DNA from: a virus
IMG/VR virus record: IMGVR_UViG_3300027987_000509
Direction: 5' to 3' (one strand)
Length of the DNA stretch: 64,000 nucleotides
This document shows positions 61,959 through 64,000 of this stretch, piece by piece (within the stretch, counting starts at the first letter, position 1; each line of letters starts with the position of its first letter). The notes beneath the pieces were generated by a model, which was given only the letters and a program-made list of their open reading frames with translations, was not told the origin of the DNA and ran no database searches. Position numbers and translations under genes: made by a program.

Positions 61959-62671
61959 TGCTCTATCATCGGCCCATACATTTTGTTATTCTGTCCTGGG
62001 GCAGGTGCGGCACTGAATGGCTGGTCCAAAGACTCAATTCTCATCCGGAAGTGCGGTGCCTATCGGAGTTCTTCGGTCTAGTCAAGAGCGAAAATGGCTG
62101 GATACCACCGGTCCTTGAACCTATGCTTCCACTATTTTACCAGACGATGGCGACACACCAGGTCCATGGTGTCAAAATCCTGTATACCCAATTGCAACGA
62201 GAAGGTGAAGACCTGGATCTGTTTCTAAAGAGCGTGTTTGGCCGTGGTTCGGTCAATGAGAGGCTTGTGATCCATCTTCTACGCCGCAACTATCTTGACC
62301 TACTCGTGTCACAAACACTGGCACACACGACTCGTATAATGCACTTCACTAAAGATCAGACAAAGTACCGAGAAGTTTACAATTCCAAGATCGTCGTCGA
62401 TCTGAATTACTTCAGGCATTTCGTTGATCGCTATGAAAGGCTACAAGAATGGGCAGAAAAGATGGTTCCGAGAACCAGACGCTTCTGGTACGAAGATCTA
62501 CAACGGGACGGATTGCAGAGCGTCTTGGATTTCTTGAATCTTCCACAAGCCGACTTATCCGATAGATATTGCAAGATGCGTACAAGACCAAAGTCGGAAC
62601 TGATATCCAACTTCGATCAGCTGGTTGGTGCACTTAGCGGTACGCAGTACGAATGGATGCTGGACGGATAA
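61958..62671 (+). CDS. Stf0-like sulfotransferase
   Basis: FVILSWGRCGTEWL..LNSHP, GVKILY, VIHLLRRNYLDLLVS, WYEDL; paralog of 59457 gene. Confidence 0.82.
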   Translation: MLYHRPIHFVILSWGRCGTEWLVQRLNSHPEVRCLSEFFGLVKSENGWIPPVLEPMLPLFYQTMATHQVHGVKILYTQLQREGEDLDLFLKSVFGRGSVNERLVIHLLRRNYLDLLVSQTLAHTTRIMHFTKDQTKYREVYNSKIVVDLNYFRHFVDRYERLQEWAEKMVPRTRRFWYEDLQRDGLQSVLDFLNLPQADLSDRYCKMRTRPKSELISNFDQLVGALSGTQYEWMLDG

Positions 62672-63279
62672 TGTTAGCACACATGCACAAACTGGCAATC
62701 AAAGGGCGAAGAGGGTTTCCCAAGCTCCTGAAAGAAATCGGTGCAAAAAGAATTGCCGAAATTGGGGTGGCCGATGGTGAAAACATTCAAACCCTGTGTG
62801 AATGCGACCCAGATATCATTGTCGCTATCGATGATTGGGCACAACCATCAAGAAGCACCGAGTTCGTCCATCGAACTGGCATCGTGAATGGATTTCATCC
62901 TGTTGTTAAGATGGCACTGCAAAACAGGGCCATACTTCCAATCAGATTAGAATCTGAAATAGCGGTCAAGATCTTTGACGACGGTTTCTTTGACTTTGTC
63001 TACATTGACGCCAACCATACCTACAAATACGTGAAACGCGACATTGGTATCTGGTGGGACAAGGTTGCAGAGAATGGCATGCTCGCAGGGCATGACTACA
63101 ATCTATGCGAATTACGTGGCCCACAGGTCTCTGGCGTCAAAAGAGCCGTTCACGAATTTGCATCAGAACGTGGCCTCTTGGTAACTATAGTCGAGGAAGA
63201 ATCTCCTTATTCATTTGATAGTTGGGTTCTGGTAAAAAGCGAATTCAACTACATGCTTGATCCATGGAAAAGACCATGA
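62671..63279 (+). CDS. Class I SAM-dependent methyltransferase (Methyltransf_24-like)
   Basis: IAEIGVADG; FDFVYIDANHTY; GMLAGHDY. Confidence 0.88.
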   Translation: MLAHMHKLAIKGRRGFPKLLKEIGAKRIAEIGVADGENIQTLCECDPDIIVAIDDWAQPSRSTEFVHRTGIVNGFHPVVKMALQNRAILPIRLESEIAVKIFDDGFFDFVYIDANHTYKYVKRDIGIWWDKVAENGMLAGHDYNLCELRGPQVSGVKRAVHEFASERGLLVTIVEEESPYSFDSWVLVKSEFNYMLDPWKRP

Positions 63280-64000
63280 AAGAAATCCTTGAATTCGCCT
63301 TGCAAAACCCAGACGCCGTCGAACATGTCGATATCAAGCTCAAAGCTGGAGCTATTCCTAAGTTGTTCGAATCTCAGCTTTGGCCTCGGGCTGTCAATCC
63401 ATCATTGATCATCGACGAGAGCGACGAAAAACAGGTGGCGACTCGTGCCAAATCGATCGTTCGAACATTCTTGCCGGATCTCTCTGGCAAGAAATTCTTG
63501 GACTTTGGCTCCGGTACGTCTAAAATAGCCGATCATGTCGAAAACGCGGCCGTCGCGGTGTCGTACGATGTGGCTGAATCGCTAGGAGTGCTTACCGACT
63601 GGAATGTAGTGATCGAGCACAAGTATGACGTCATCCTGATGTACGATGTCATCGACCACATGACCAGCGATGGAAAGCTGGTTGGATGGAACGGGGTCAT
63701 CGAAATCCTCAAACAACTGGTAGAAGATGCCCTCGCTACTGACGGTGTGATCTACTGCCGCTTGCACCCTTGGACATCCAGACACGGAACTCACAACTAT
63801 CTTCTCGACAACAAAGCATACGGGCATTTTGTAAACGGACAGAATATCGGCATGCCTACCATCGTCACAAAAGAACCGGTCAACCAGTACAAAGACATTT
63901 TCGCCAAATCCGGTTTGAACATGACGAAAACAAACCTTTTCAGACAACCAATTCCGCCAATATTCAATGATCCAGTATTCGACAGCTGGTCGAGAGAGAT
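63276..64000 (+). CDS. Class I SAM-dependent methyltransferase, partial (runs off the window end)
   Basis: Manual translation: MKEILEF..KKFLDFGSG..YDVILMYDVIDH; not in ORF track. Confidence 0.75.
   Translation, partial: MKEILEFALQNPDAVEHVDIKLKAGAIPKLFESQLWPRAVNPSLIIDESDEKQVATRAKSIVRTFLPDLSGKKFLDFGSGTSKIADHVENAAVAVSYDVAESLGVLTDWNVVIEHKYDVILMYDVIDHMTSDGKLVGWNGVIEILKQLVEDALATDGVIYCRLHPWTSRHGTHNYLLDNKAYGHFVNGQNIGMPTIVTKEPVNQYKDIFAKSGLNMTKTNLFRQPIPPIFNDPVFDSWSRE

Noticed and set aside
1-64000. Alternative genetic code (stop reassignment)
   Set aside because: Recognisable genes (rarA, tmk, dut, clpS, add) are full length in code 11 and TAA, TAG and TGA all serve as stops.
1-64000. tRNA, tmRNA or rRNA genes
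   Set aside because: No cloverleaf with TTCGA T-loop and matching acceptor stem recognised by eye in the short intergenic gaps; tRNAscan would be definitive.

Overview
Gene-dense 64-kb segment, best read as part of a large T4-like/jumbo tailed phage genome. No capsid, portal or terminase gene lies in the window, so this rests on dUTPase, dTMP kinase, a T4 gp2-like end protector, tail/baseplate-like proteins, many acidic proteins with (I/L/V)-x-E prohead-protease-like N-termini and a TATAAATA-like late promoter motif. The ClpS style and several secreted hypotheticals suggest a Planctomycetota host (inference). Recognisable genes: SNase-like nuclease lipoprotein, PLD-like nuclease, RarA, Nal1-type trypsin-like protease, matrixin, TOPRIM protein, GT2, NUDIX, Rrf2-like and XRE regulators, adenosine deaminase, four sulfotransferases and three methyltransferases. 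Most striking: (1) two oppositely oriented genes about 20 kb apart are built from variable, mostly zinc-binding modules separated by a shared in-frame 30-bp YEGLEDADEF repeat whose synonymous subtypes pair across the two genes (possible cassette shuffling or inversion system); (2) an expanded sigma70-like protein carrying head-protein processing signals; (3) a broader set of apparent capsid-cargo enzymes and regulators under a conserved, often leaderless late promoter; (4) candidate counter-defence or host-takeover proteins (Tad1/Acb2-like hairpin, stand-alone PilC N-domain, 70%-acidic micropeptide). No tRNA, rRNA, CRISPR array, integrase, transposase or reverse transcriptase was seen. All family calls are by-eye motif recognition, not database results.
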